NCBI RefSeq assembly: GCF_004010195.1
Contig: NC_057718.1
Coordinates: forward strand, 69,563,589 to 69,627,588
DNA: 64,000 bases
Direction: 5' to 3'
From: Chiloscyllium plagiosum
Taxonomy: Eukaryota
The notes beneath the pieces were generated by a model that worked only from the letters and a program-made list of their open reading frames with translations, did not search any database and was not told where the DNA came from. This document shows, piece by piece, positions 13,042 through 25,837 of the stretch. The translations under genes were made by a program, and so were the position numbers. The stretch's first letter is position 1, and the number at the start of each line of letters is the position of its first letter.

Positions 13042-14661
13042 AGATTCTGGATCAGTGGTGCAGCATCCGAGGAGCAGCAAAATCGACGTTTCGGGCAAAA
13101 GCCCTTCATCAGGAATAAAGGCAGAGAGCCTGAAGCGTGGAGAGATAAGCTAGAGGAGGATGGGGGTGGGGAGAAAGTAGCATAGAGTACAATAGGTGAG
13201 TGGGGGAGGGGATGAAGGTGATAGGTCAGGGAGGAAAGGGTGGAGTGGATAGGTGGAGAAGGAGATAGGCAGGTAGGACAAGTCTGGACAAGTCATGGGG
13301 ACAGTGCTGAGACCAAAGGGCACACGTATAGGCCCCAGCTATGCCTGTCTCTTTGTTGGCTACGTAGAACAGTTGATCTTCCGTAATTACACCGGCACCA
13401 CTCCCCACCTCTTCCTTCGCTACATTGATGACTGCATTTGCGCCACCTCATGCTCCCGCGAGGAGGTTGAGCAATTCATCAACTTCACCAACACATTCCA
13501 CCCTGACCTTAAATTTACCTGGACCATCTCTGACACCTCCCACCCCTTCCTGGACCTCTCCATCTCCATTAATGATGACCGACTTGACACTGACATTTTT
13601 TACAAACCCACCGACTCCCACAGCTACCTGGATTACACCTCTTCCAAAAATGCCATCCCATATTCCCAATTCCTCCGCCTCCGCCATATCTGCTGCCAGG
13701 AGGACCAGTTCCACCACAGAACACACCAGATGGCCTCCTTCTTTAGAGACTGCAATTTCCCTTCCCACGTGGTTAAAGATGCCCTCCAATGCATCTTGTC
13801 CACATCCCGCACCTCCGCCCTCAGACCCCACCCCTCCAACCGTAACAAGGACAGAACGCCCCTGGTGCTCACCTTCCACCCTACCAACCTTCGCATAAAC
13901 CAAGTCATCCTCTGACATTTCCGCCACCTCCAAAAAGACCCCACCACCAGGGATATATTTCCCTCCCTACCCCTTTCCGCCTTCTGCAAAGACCGTTCCT
14001 CCGTGACTACCTGGTCAGGTCCACGCCCCCCTACAACCCACCCTCCCATCCTGGCACCTTCCCCTGCTACCGCAGGAACTGTAAAACCTGCGCCCACACC
14101 TCCTCCCTCACCTCTATCCAAGGCCCTAAAGGAGCCTTCCACATCCATCAAAGTTCTACCTGCACATTCACTTATATCATTTATTGTATCCGTTGCTCCC
14201 GATGCGGTCTCCTCTATATTGGGGAGACTCGGCACCTCCTAGCAGAGCGCTTTAGGGAATATCTCCGGGACACCCGCACCAATCAACCACACCGCCCCGT
14301 GGCCCAACATTTCAACTNNNNNNNNNTCCAAACTTCCAGCTCAGCAGTGTCCCCATGACTTGTCCGGACTTGTCCTACCTGCCTATCTCCTTTTCCACCT
14401 ATCCGCTCCACCCTCTCCTCCCTGACCTATCACCTTCATCCCCTCCCCCACTCACCTAGTGCACTCTATGCTACTTTCTCCCCACCCCAACCTCCTCTAG
14501 CTTATCTCTCCACACTTCAGGCTCTCTGCCTTTATTCCTGATGAAGGGCTTTTGCCCAAAACGTCGATTTCGCTGCTTCTCGGATGCTGCCTGACCTGCT
14601 GTGCTCTTCCAGGACCACTAATCCAGAATCTGGTTTCCAGCATCTGCAGTCATTGTTTTTA
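13042..14661 (+). mobile_element. Neptune-type PLE, 5'-truncated: inverted pLTR (13042-13311) + RT C-half + GIY-YIG + pLTR (14340-14631) + 30-nt tail
   Basis: ORF 13295-13915 GPSYACLFVG..FLRYIDD..FLDL..YKPTD; IYCIRCSRCGLLYIGET near 14180-14230; flanked by caacatttactaga at 13031-13044 and 14662-14675. Confidence 0.95.
13085..13112 (-). ncRNA. Minimal type I hammerhead ribozyme motif, core intact
   Basis: CUGAUGA-A-GGGC-UUUU-GCCC-GAA-ACGU-C: conserved core, 4-bp stem II, palindromic stem III, GUC triplet. Confidence 0.85.
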
Positions 14662-14672
14662 CAACATTTACT

Positions 14673-15430
14673 AGAGTCTAGATTAGAGTAGTGCTGGAAA
14701 AGCACAGCAGTTCAGGCAGCATCCAAGGAGCAGGAAAATCGACATTTCGGGCAAAAGCCCTTCATCAGGAATAGAGGCAGAGAGCCTGCAGAGTGGAGAA
14801 ATAAATGGCGGGTGGTGGGGCTGGGGAGAAGGTAGCAAAGAGTACAATGGGTAATGGGGGAGGGGATGAAGGTTTAAACGTCAGAGAGAAGTGTGGAGTC
14901 GATAGATGGAAAGGAAGATAGGCAGATAGGACAATTCATGAGGGCGGTGCTGAGCTGGAAGGTTGGAGCTGGGGTGAGGTGGGGGAAGGGGAAATAAGAA
15001 AACTGGTGAAATCCACATTGATGCCCTGGGGTTGAAATGTTCCGAGGCGGAAGATGAGGCGTTCTCCCTGCAGCCGTCGGGTGGTGAGGGAGCGGCGGTG
15101 GAGGAGGCCCAGGACCTCCATGTCCTCGGCAGAATGGGAGGGAGAGTTGAAATTTTGGGCCACAGGGCGGTGGGGTTGATTGGTGCGGGTGTCCCGGAGA
15201 TGTTCCCTAAAGCGTTCTGCTAGGAGGTGTCCAGTCTCCCCAATGTAGAGGAGACTGCATCAGGAGCAACAGATACAATAAATGATATTGTTGGATGAGC
15301 AGGTAAAACTTTGATGGATGTGGAAGGCTCCTTTGGGGCCTTGGAAGGAGGTGAGGGAGATGGTGTGGGCGCAGGTTTTGCAATTCCTGAGGTGGCAGGG
15401 GAGGGTGCCAGGGAGGGTGGGTTGTTGGAG
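14673..15430 (-). mobile_element. Neptune-type PLE fragment (endonuclease end plus pLTR with mutated HHR at 14741-14768)
   Basis: ORF 14936-15163 AQNFNSPSHSAEDMEVLGLLH..RLIFRLGTFQPQGINVDF, a typical PLE EN C-terminus. Confidence 0.9.
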
Positions 15431-15467
15431 GGCTGAAGAAATTTCTCCCCATCTCAGTTCTAAAGAG

Positions 15468-15820
15468 TTGGAGATGCCGGTGTTGGACTGGGGTGTACAA
15501 AGTTAAAAATCACACAACACCAGGTTATAGTCCAACAGGTTTATTTGGAAGCACTAGCTTTCAGAGCATCAGGTGGTTGTGGAGTATAAGATTGTTAAGA
15601 CACAGAATTTATTGCAAAAGGTTACACGTGATGTAACTGAAACTATATATTGAAAAAGACCTGGATTGTTTGTTAAACCTCTCATCTTTTAGAATGAACA
15701 TGTTGATTTCATATGTAAATCGCAGAAAGTTTTTAAAGTTCCATTCCCAAGTGAACTTTAACAATTGGTATCATGTCGGCTGATATAATGCATTTAAGGT
15801 GTGAGGTGCCCTGCGTGACT
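15468..15820 (-). mobile_element. PLE pLTR of a second family (AGCU-type HHR, partly deleted here)
   Basis: Shares AAAATCACACAACACCAGGTTATAGTCCAACA..GAAGCACTAGCTTTC with 43200-43280. Confidence 0.75.
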
Positions 15821-16120
15821 TAACAAACAATTCCATCCAAATTTTGTATCATCTGCAAACATGGAAATATTAAATTTGATCTTCACATTCAAATCATTTA
15901 CCTAGATTGTGAACAGTAGGGCCCCAAGCACTGATCTTTATGGTAAAGTATAACATTAGTGCAAGTCTGCCAAATTGAGAATTACCTTTTTATTCTTACT
16001 GTTTTCTCTGTTATTCAAGCCATACCAATCTATTACCACATATCCCACAATTTTGTTTATTAACCCCATGCAAACGTTTATTGAAAACCTGCTGAAAATT
16101 CAAATATACTACATCCACTA

Positions 16121-16341
16121 TTAGATTAGATTAGATTAGATTAGATTACTTACAGTGTGGAAACAGGCCCTTCGGCCCAACAAGTCCACACCGACCGGAA
16201 ACCGGAGCACCCGGAGGAAACCCACGCAGACACGGGGAGAATGTGCAAACTCCACACAGTCAGTCGCCTGAGTCGGGAATTGAACCCGGGTCTCTGGCGC
16301 TGTGAGGCAACAGTGCTAACCACTGTGCCACCGTGCCGCCC
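16121..16341 (-). mobile_element. HE1-type SINE with internal deletion, inserted in an old CR1
   Basis: Tail (TAATC)n joined at ~16196 directly to the V domain; head intact. Confidence 0.9.
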
Positions 16342-18291
16342 ACTCTCTTAACTACTCTACTAGAAACATCCTTAAAGAAACTCCAACAGACTGTCAAACT
16401 TGTTTGGCAGAATCCACTTTTGGTTAAATCCAAGTTGCATGAAGTTTTTTCGGTGGGTTTTTCACCATGTGGCATAGCAAAATGACTTGCCATAACATAC
16501 CAAGTTTGCCTCGTTAACCCTGTCTGTACGGAATCTCACTCATGTAATTCTAGCCTCATCCCAGAGATGCTGCTCTGGGAACAACAGCAGTTCTGATAGC
16601 CTATAGATACTGGCTAAAGCACCAGGGTGAATGGATACTTTCTACATTCAACCCAGGGGTCACGAGCTAGTAAGCACATCACTGACACATCTCTGCAGCT
16701 GGTCAAGGAAGAATCACCAGAAGATTAAGCACCTGACTGAGTGTGTTTGAACTTTGGGACGAAAATTGGACCAGCTCCTTGGCTGACTGAATCCCCTCCT
16801 CATCCTAGTAAATGCGCATTCTTTATGACTTTCACATTTTGCCATTTTCATCCATCACATGCAGTGCATTTACCACATAAGTTGTGGTCACATGCTACAG
16901 CTCAGACACTGACAGTTACTTTTTAGTGATCCCCAGTGCCACCAGCTGCCTGCCTGTCATTCAGCACTGAAGAGCAGACTAAAATGTAACCATTGCTGCC
17001 TACAAAGCAGGTTCACTTCAGAAGCTGCCAAACTTCATGTCAGTGCTAAATATCCTGCATAAATAAAGGTGATGACTAGTTGTCTCTGTGCAAAATGACT
17101 TGTCACAGGCATTCAAGTGCTGGCTCTCCCTCAGCTTTAAAGCGTAGTCTCGATACCCTAAAGTCAGAGCTGAATTTGGCCAAGACCAAGAGACTGGTGC
17201 TTTGCCAATATTGAGTCACACAATTGAGGGGTGTGGGAAAAGTGTGCACAGTGATGCGAGTTGGCCAGCATGGCAATTACACAAGCTGCAATGTGCATTG
17301 ACAAAACAAGTTGCCTATTATCCGCAATGCTTTACCAATCAAGTGTTTTTTTTCCACTGAGCTTCTCAATTGTAAAAAGGAAGATTGAGAGTTAATAAAG
17401 GAAGTTGGGCCATTAATAAAATACAATATAAACTTTCCATATAAACATGTTGGCAAGATTCTGAACTTAACTGGGAGCGTTTTTATCAACATAGAATATA
17501 TTTTATGGAGTCTCACCCAACCAATCATTATTCTTGCCACCTCAGAGAAGAGAAAATTCCACTACATGACAGCCGTTTTGTGGCCTCTTAACTTCCCTGT
17601 CTAACTCTGCAGCAACAAACTTGATTACATTACTAATTTTCTTATTCATGGATTAATGGATTGTAATAGTCAGGGTCATGTAGCAGCTGATTTGTTAAAT
17701 GCATTACTCAATCCAAACAGGCAATATTATCTGTAATTCCCATAATTTGAAATTGTGTGTAATAACGTCCCATGTGGTATATTGTCAAATACTTTTTGAC
17801 AATTCAAGTGAAACAAATCCATTTATTCTCCTTAATTCACCATGTTAGTGGCAACCTAAAAAAAAATTGTCAAACATCATTTCCCTTTCATAAATCATTG
17901 TTCACTCTGCCCAATACCATTTTGATTTTCTAAGTGCTGTGTTACCAGGTTCCTAATAAGAAATTCCATCATTTTCTCTACTGCTGGTATCAGGCTAACT
18001 GGCCTCTATTCTCTCATTTACTTAGAGTGAGGTTACGATTGTTATCCTTTTATCCATTGGGATTTCTCTAGAATCTAGGGAGTTCTGGAAGATCAAAACT
18101 AATGCAATAATTATTTGTTAATAATTACAGATTAGGTCAACAGGTTTGGCAGCTCTTTGCCTCATTGTTTCTTCAGGATTTGTTTTTATTCTAATAACTC
18201 CCTTCAAGTTCCTCCTCCTCACTAAAGCAATAATTCCCCACTGGACAGATTTTTTTTCCCTTTCATTGTAAAGAAAGTGCCTAGTGTCAAC

Positions 18292-19064
18292 TAGGCAAAA
18301 GTGAGGACTGCAGATGCTGGCAACCAGAGTTTAGATCAGAGTGGTGCTGGAAAAGCATAGCATGTCAGGCAGCATCCGAGGAGCAGAAAAATCAACGTTT
18401 CAGGCAAAAGCCCTTCATCAAGAATAGAGGGGATAGCATTTTTGCAGGACGTACGGTGGGAAAAGGTGCAATCCAGGTAGCTGTGGGAGTCAGTGGGTTT
18501 GTTAAAAATGTCAGTGTCAAGTCAGTCGTCATTAATGGAGATGGAGAGGTCCAGGAAGGGGAGAGAGGTGTCAGAGATGGTCCAGGTGAATTTAAGGTTG
18601 GAGTGGAATGTGTTGGTGAAGTTGATGAACTGCTCAACCTCCTCGTGGGAGCAGGAGGTGGTGACGATGCAATCATCAATGTAGCGGAGGAAGAGGTGGG
18701 GAGTGGTGCCGGTGTAATTACGGAAGATCAATTGTTCTACGTAGCCAACAAAGAGACAGGTACAGCTGGGGCCCATACGGGTACCCATGGCTACCCCTTT
18801 GGTCTGGAGGAAGTGGGAGGATTCAAAGGAGAAATTGTTAAGGGGGGATGGCATTCTTGCAGGAGGTAGGGTGGGAAGAGGAGTAATCCAGGTAGCTGTG
18901 GGAGTTGGTGGGTTTGTAAAAGAGTCAGTGTCAAGTCGGTCATCATTAATGGAGATGGAGAGGTCCAGGAAGGGGAGGGAGTATTTGCCCGAAACGTCGA
19001 TTTTTCTGCTCCTCAGATGTTGCCTGACCTGCTGTGCTTTTCCAGCAACACTCTGATCCAAACT
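18292..19064 (-). mobile_element. Rearranged Neptune-type PLE: tailed pLTR, RT fragment, duplicated RT piece, inverted pLTR
   Basis: ORF 18522-19097 QTKGVAMGTRMGPS..FLRYIDD; 18843-18980 repeats 18428-18565; plus-strand pLTR at 18984-19064. Confidence 0.9.
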
Positions 19065-19344
19065 TCTTTCCATAGTGTGTTGACCAGAAATGCACACACT
19101 ACTCCAGCTTTGGCCTAAATAAGGTCCTGTACAGCTCCAACACGACCCTCCTGCCCTTATAATCTATGCTATGACCTCCTCACTTTCAATCATCTTTATG
19201 CCAACTTAATTATTATCCCTCCATATTCTCATTGACATCATTAATGAATATCACAAACAATAAGGGACCCAGCACTGATTCCTGTTGTACACTACTGCAC
19301 ACTGGGTTCCAGACACACAAAGAACCTCCCATCTCCTGTCACTA

Positions 19345-19670
19345 GAAATATAGAACGTCAACAGTGTGGAAGCAAGCCATTCAGCTCCTATAATCTCCAC
19401 CGACCCTCTGAACAGCTCCCATTACCCCGCCCCCTAGCCGTGTGACCCTGCATTTCCGATGACTAATCCGTCTAGCCTGCACATCCCTGGATCCTCTGGA
19501 CAATTTTGTAGAGCCAATCCACTTAACCTGCACATCTTTGGACTGTGGAAAGAAACTGGAGCACCCGGAGGAAAATCACGTTTACATGGGAAGAACGTGC
19601 AAACTGTACACTGTTGCTTGAGGCTAGAATTGAACCTGGATCTCTGGCAGTGCTAACCATTGAGACACTG
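19345..19670 (-). mobile_element. Diverged HE1-related V-SINE
   Basis: V-domain AACCTGCACATCTTTGGACTGTGG..GGAGCACCCGGAGGAAA. Confidence 0.8.
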
Positions 19671-19869
19671 TGATGTTCTAAGCCAATTAAAATTGCACTG
19701 CATTGTTTAAAGCAGAGCAGAATATTTTTAGGATCAAAATTTTTTAAAAACCCAATTATATTTCCTGAAAGAACCAATTTTCAGAATTAAGTATTTTGAA
19801 GGTCCACTTTTAGTACAACATCTCTAGGGCTCAATATTGAAATTATTGTTCTTCCTGATTTATAGTAAT

Positions 19870-21770
19870 CATTTCGATCTTGAAATGCAGGGGCTAATTT
19901 CAGAGTTTCTGGATAAGACAGTACTTGGAGAATTATAAACTGTAATAAGGACAGTGTAGAACTTCAAAAGACATTGACAACTTGGTGAAATGGGCAAATA
20001 GGTAGCAGACGATGTTCCAATATGAAGAACGAGATGATACATTTTTGTAGAAATAACATGGGGATATAGCATAAAATAAAATACATTATGCTAAAGAGTG
20101 TTCATGACCTGCATTTCTAGTATTTAAAAGTGGCAGGATAGAAATCATGATTAATAAAGCATACAGTATCCTAAGCTTTATTAATAAGGGTTTAGGAGAC
20201 AAGAGAGTGGTGGTTATGTTGTAACTGTATAAAACACTAGTTAGAGATCTATGCTGGTCACTGTCTACTTCTGGGTGCCACTCTAAAGGAAAATGCAAAC
20301 AGTGCTGACAGAATGGTAAAAAAACAAGAAGTTTAAGTTATAAAGACAGATTGAAGAGGTTGGGACTGTTTTTCTTGAAGAGAAGAAGGTTAAGAGATTT
20401 GTTTGGAGTTTTCAAAATCGTGAGGGAGATGGACAGAATAGACAGGGAGAAACTGTTCCTGATCTTAGAAGGATCAAGAACCAGAAGACACAGCTTTAAA
20501 AGTGATTTGCAAAAGAAACAAAGTGTGACACGAGAAAAGCATTTTCATGCAGAGAGACATTTGAGGCTTAAATACATTGCCTGGAAGTGTGTGAAAGCAG
20601 GTTCAATTGAGGTAGTCAAGAGGGTATTAGATGATTACTTAAATAGAAATAATGTGCAGGGTTACATAAAAAGGCAGGTGAATAGCATTAGCTTATGAGA
20701 CAAGTTGCGAGAGGGTTCCAAACAGCTTACAGAGAGAACCAAAAACAGAAATTGCAGTTTTGGGAAGGTTCTGAGGAAGGGTCACTTGACCTGAAATGTT
20801 AACCTGGAATTCTCTCCACAGATACTGCCAGACCTGTTGCGTTTTTCCAGCAATTTCTGTTTTTGGTTCCAATTTACAGCATCCGCAATTCTTTTGCTTT
20901 TTTTAAAGTTTATGGAGAGAGACTAATAGATTAAGTACATGGGCAAAAACGTTGGCCAATGGAGTATAATTGGGAAAATGTACTGTTCATTTAGAAAGGG
21001 AAAACAAGAGAATAGAATATTAATTAAAAAGAGAAAAATTGCAGAAACCTGCCACACAAAGTGATTTGGAGATACGTGTGCATGAAACGCTGAAAGCTAC
21101 CACACATGTGTAGCAGGTAATCAGGAAGGCTTTTGGAATATTTGAGTTGGGGTATAAGAACAAAGAAGTCTTACCACAACTGTACAAAATGCAGATGAGA
21201 CCTTATCTACAGCACTGTAAGCAGTATTGGTTCCTTTATTCAAGGAAATACATCATTTCATTAGAGACAGTTCAGAGAGGGTTCACGAGAATTATCTAGA
21301 ATTAATAAGGCAGTGTCTTATGAGGAAAGGTTAAACAGGTTGGGGCTCTACCTATGGAGTTTAAAAGGTTTGAGAGGTGGTCTCATTGAAATATATCCGA
21401 TTGTTAAGGGGCCTGATAGGGTAAATGTTTAGAGGGTGATTTCCCTCATGGGAGAGTCTGGAAGCAGAGGACATAGTCTCAGAATAAAGGGGCATTATTT
21501 AGGATTGAAATGAGGAAGAATTTTTTCTCTGAGGGTGGAGAATCTTTGCAACTTCTTATCATGGAGAGCTGTTGAGCAGAGTCCTTGTGTATACCTAAGA
21601 CTGAGATATTAGATTCTTCATAATGAGGGGAATCAAGACTTATGGGGAAAGAGCAGGAAAGTGGACATGAACAATGTTGGATCAGCCATGACCCTGTTGA
21701 TTGGCAGAGCAGGCTTGAGAGGTGAAATGGCCAATTCCTGTTCCTATTTATTATGGTTTTACGGTCTTAT
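19870..21770 (+). mobile_element. Two old CR1 3' fragments, with a PLE pLTR (about 20735-20905) in between
   Basis: ORF 20351-20698 KRLGLFFLKRRRLRDL..; CR1 3' UTR at 21680-21770; CTGAGGA..GGTCACTTGACC motif at 20771. Confidence 0.75.
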
Positions 21771-23774
21771 GCAAAGCTAATGCAGACCAATAGGCCAAGT
21801 GCCTCCATTTGCACCATAACTATTTTGTGATTCTATGATTATATCATTGTTTGGAAAAGGAGATTTACAGTGTGTTATATGCAGGAAAATCATTAGCACA
21901 TTTTTCAGTAATGTGTTAATGATTAAACTGTACAAAACAGACAAAGATTTAAAACAGACGAATAGGTGAAATGTATATTGGTTTTGTTTACTGCGTATAA
22001 GCAGCGCACAACACAAAACATTTCAAAAATGAACACATCCTTCTGTATGTCAAACCATTGCTTTCCATGTAATGAGAGCTACTTTTTAATGTGCAATTTG
22101 CAGTTATTTACCAACATAAGTATTTACAAAACAATTCACAAAAGCAAAATCACTCAAGCAATCTAATTAAGTCCTGAATGTGCTAAGTATTCATTAACCT
22201 CACTCTCTTCTCAAATCAGTGTCTATACACCAATATATTTTCTCCCAAAGTTTTCACTTCATTTGTAAAAGAGTAAAAACAAAATAGATCAGACATTGGT
22301 CTCCCTGACCAGTTTTGCGGCATTTCAAATGGCAGTTCACATATACAATGGCAGCTTCAATAGAGAATGCAGCTTTTGATTTTATATCTCATTTTACTGC
22401 ATCTTTCCTAGTGAGCAATCTCCAGTATAAAACTGGAAGGAATTAAGCAGCAACAATATATATTTATCCAAGTTCACCAGGGCATGACCGAACAATCCTC
22501 CCTGCCTTTTAAGGAACACCAGCTGGGCCACATGAGTACTTTTGCAAACATACTGTTCATAATTCAAACATAGGGATGGAAGGCACCTTGTTAAATTAAT
22601 CTGTATGTGTTTTCTGCCTGAAGCAGCAAGGTCAGTTCAGTTGGAACTGAATGAGGGAAAATGGTTAGATGATTTAGTAGAACAAATCTACAGGGGTCTT
22701 CACACAACCTTGTGGTAGACAGCAGTCAGCATAAATAGCCAACTTAATAAGGGCTACACATAACCTATGAGTACAGACTGAAGGTCTGCTTAATGTCAGG
22801 ACAAGTAATTGAAGAACCCTCATATGTAAGGTTTTTAGAAAAGGTCCCAGGACCACCTAGCCAAGAATTAATGGAACTACTTACTCATGTAAGTGGTACA
22901 TGGTGGAATAGCAGGGTTATTAAGGAGAATAAAAATAATTCCAGTACACTGTGGCAGACCTTTGGATTCACTCCCCACCACCACCACCTTCCCACACCCC
23001 CCCAAAAAAAAGTGAACAAATTCTGAAGGTTTTGAACTCTTGGGTTTGGGTTTGAGTTTTAGCTTGAGAGATGTTGGGGGGGAGGAAGCATGTGGTGTAA
23101 AAATGAGACTGACTTTACACCACAAGGCACTGCAAACTGTGTTGTGAAGTTAATGGAGTTTGTTTTGTTAAATTTCTCTTCATAAACACACAAAATAACT
23201 TGATGCTATAAGCATGAAATCGGGTAGTGTTGTTCTGTTAAATAATTACTGGATGCTCAGAATTTTAACGGTCCCTAAAATGATCATAGTAACATTAAAT
23301 GAGTCAGGAGATGGTGCACTGTGATAAATATTTTACAATTACAACTTGTGTTCCTTTTCACAGAAAGTTGTCTATTAATAAGATTATATCTCCTCCTCAC
23401 AAACAACAACTGCTTTTAATCCCAAAATGGGATTAAAAAGACTTGTGAACACATCTGTGATTGTTTCATTGAAAGCTTGAGGACCCATGGCAGAAATTCT
23501 ATCAAATATGAGACAGCCCTTTGACTCAAAAGGGGATTCTGTGATCAGGCAGAGTTTTGTAATATGAATTTCTAACAGCCCACAAGTTCATCATTCATTT
23601 TGTGTCTATTGTAAAATAACAACCTGCATGCACCTGGCTCCAAATGATTAAACATATCATTTAGGGGATCTTAATGGGAAAAAACAAGGAATAAAATAAC
23701 TATTTGGCTTGATAATGGCATCCCCAGACTCAACATTGCCTTAATTTCTTTCTGTTGTTAGCTGATGACAATGT

Positions 23775-24393
23775 TTGAGGAATTAGGAAGGCTAAAAGGG
23801 GCCATGAAATGTCTGTAGCAAACAGGGTCAAGGGAAAATCTCAAGGCTTTTTATGCATAAATTAGAATAAGGAGGGTAGTGAGGGAAAGAGTAGACCCAC
23901 TCAAAGACAAAGGAGGGGAGTTATGCATGGAGCTACAGGAGTGGGAGTGATCCTTAATGAGTACTTTGTATCAGTATTAACCAAAGAGAAGGACATGACT
24001 GATGTTGAGGTCAGGGATGAGTGTGAATATTCTAGAGAAATGTCAATATATTGAAGGAGGAAGTTTTGGGTCTCCTAATTTGCATTACGCTAGACAAATC
24101 CCCAGAGCCAGATGGGATCTATCCCAGATTACTGCGGGAGGCAAGAGAAGAAGAAATAGCTGGGGTGTTAGCAGATATCTTCACATCCTCTTTGACCACA
24201 GGTGAGGTTCCAGAGAACTCGAGATTAGTCAATGTTGTTCCCTTGTTTAAGAAAGAAAGCAGGGATAATCCAGGAAATTATAGGCCCATGAGCCTGATGC
24301 CTGTGGTGGGGAAGCTCTTCAAGAAGATACTTAGGGACAAGATATATGCGCATTTGGAAGAAAATGGAGTAGTCAGTGACAGGTAGCATGGTT
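23775..24393 (+). mobile_element. CR1 ORF2 fragment (5' part of a split copy)
   Basis: ORF 24051-24386 DKSPEPDGIYPRLLRE..NVVPLFKK..NPGNYRP; ends at the QHGF motif. Confidence 0.9.
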
Positions 24394-25837
24394 TCTAACT
24401 TGTTTAATTTAGTGATGATAAAGGTGTCATCCACGTAGCGGACCCAGAGCTGGTTGCTCAAGTCTCTGCATTACTGCCTCTGCTAAGAACCCTGAAGGCA
24501 GAGATCCCATGGGTGTTCCATTGGTTTGTCTATAGGTTTTGTTGTTGAAGGTGAAGTGGGTGGTACAGCATAGGTCCACAAGCTTGATGATATTCTCCTT
24601 GTTGATGAAGTTGGTGGTGTTTGGTGTGTGCGTCTTTGGGTCTTCTAATAGTGTAGTCAGTGTTTCCCTGGCCAAGTTATGTTGATTGAAGTAAACATGG
24701 CTGTTACATCAAAGGAGACAATTACTTCATCCTCTTCTATCTTAGTGTCTTTGATGGTCTTCAGGAATTCTAAATGAAACAAGTTAGAGGAAACCTTCAA
24801 GACTATCAATAATACCCTTACTGGCATAAAATTCACTAAAGAGGAGGAAAACAACAACAAACTGCCATTCCTAGATGTCACATTAGACTGAACAGCCAAT
24901 GGGTAACTTCAAAACAGTGTCTACAGAAAAACAACACATACAGACCAAATATTGAACTACAGAAGCAATCATCCCCACACCCACAAACGAAGCTGCATCA
25001 GAACATTATTTCAACGAGTCAACACACATTGCAGCACAGAGGAACTACGCAGAGCAGAGGAAAATCACCCATACCATGTATTCAAAAAGAATGGGTACCC
25101 AATGAACACAGTCCCGCCGATTTCTCAGCAACAAACCCAAACAAGCAGCCAAAACACATCCAGAAACCTTAGCCACTCTCCCCTACATCAAAGTCATCTC
25201 GGAAATGACTGCCACACTACTCAGACCCCTTGGCATCATGGTAGCCCACAAACCCACCAACACACTAAAACAGCAGCTAATGAACTTGAAAGACCCGATA
25301 CAAACAATGAGCAATACTAATGTCATCTACAAAATACCGTGCAAGGACTGTAACAAACACTACATTGGACAAACAGGCAGAAAACTAGCCACCAGGATAC
25401 ATGAACACCAACTGGCCACAAAAAGACATGACTCTCTCTCACTAGTATCCTCACATACGGATGAGGAAGGACACCACTTCGACTGGGACAACACATCCAT
25501 TCTAGGCCAAGCCAAACAAAGACACGCACGAGAATTCCTAGAAGCATGGCATTCCAACCAGAACTCTATCAACAAAAACATTGAGTTCGACTCCATCTAC
25601 CACCCCCTGAGAAAAGGAACAGGAAGTGACTTCACCACAGGAAATAACATCACCAACCCAAAGAAACCCAAACATGTAAATAGAAAGCTGGAATTTTCAG
25701 CAATGCTTTGCATGAGGTCCACTGAAGATGTTAACGAGTAAGGTAACGAAACATCTGGAAATAAACCTTTCAGCTCAGCGAATAAACTTACATCAAAAAC
25801 CTTAACCTGAGCTACAAATCTTCTCAAAACTTGCTAA
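24392..25837 (+). mobile_element. Poseidon-type PLE with inverted 5' segment (24392-24771 minus; 24772-25837 plus), GIY-YIG, pLTR with HHR and tail
   Basis: Minus: SFDVTAMFTSI, GTPMGS, WVRYVDD. Plus: NVIYKIPCKDCNKHYIGQTGRKLATRIHEH..AREFLEAWHS. CTGAAGA..GAAAC at 25722-25755. Confidence 0.95.

Noticed and set aside
22793..23026. 77-aa ORF in non-repeat DNA
   Set aside because: Length expected by chance, ends in low-complexity sequence, no splice or domain support
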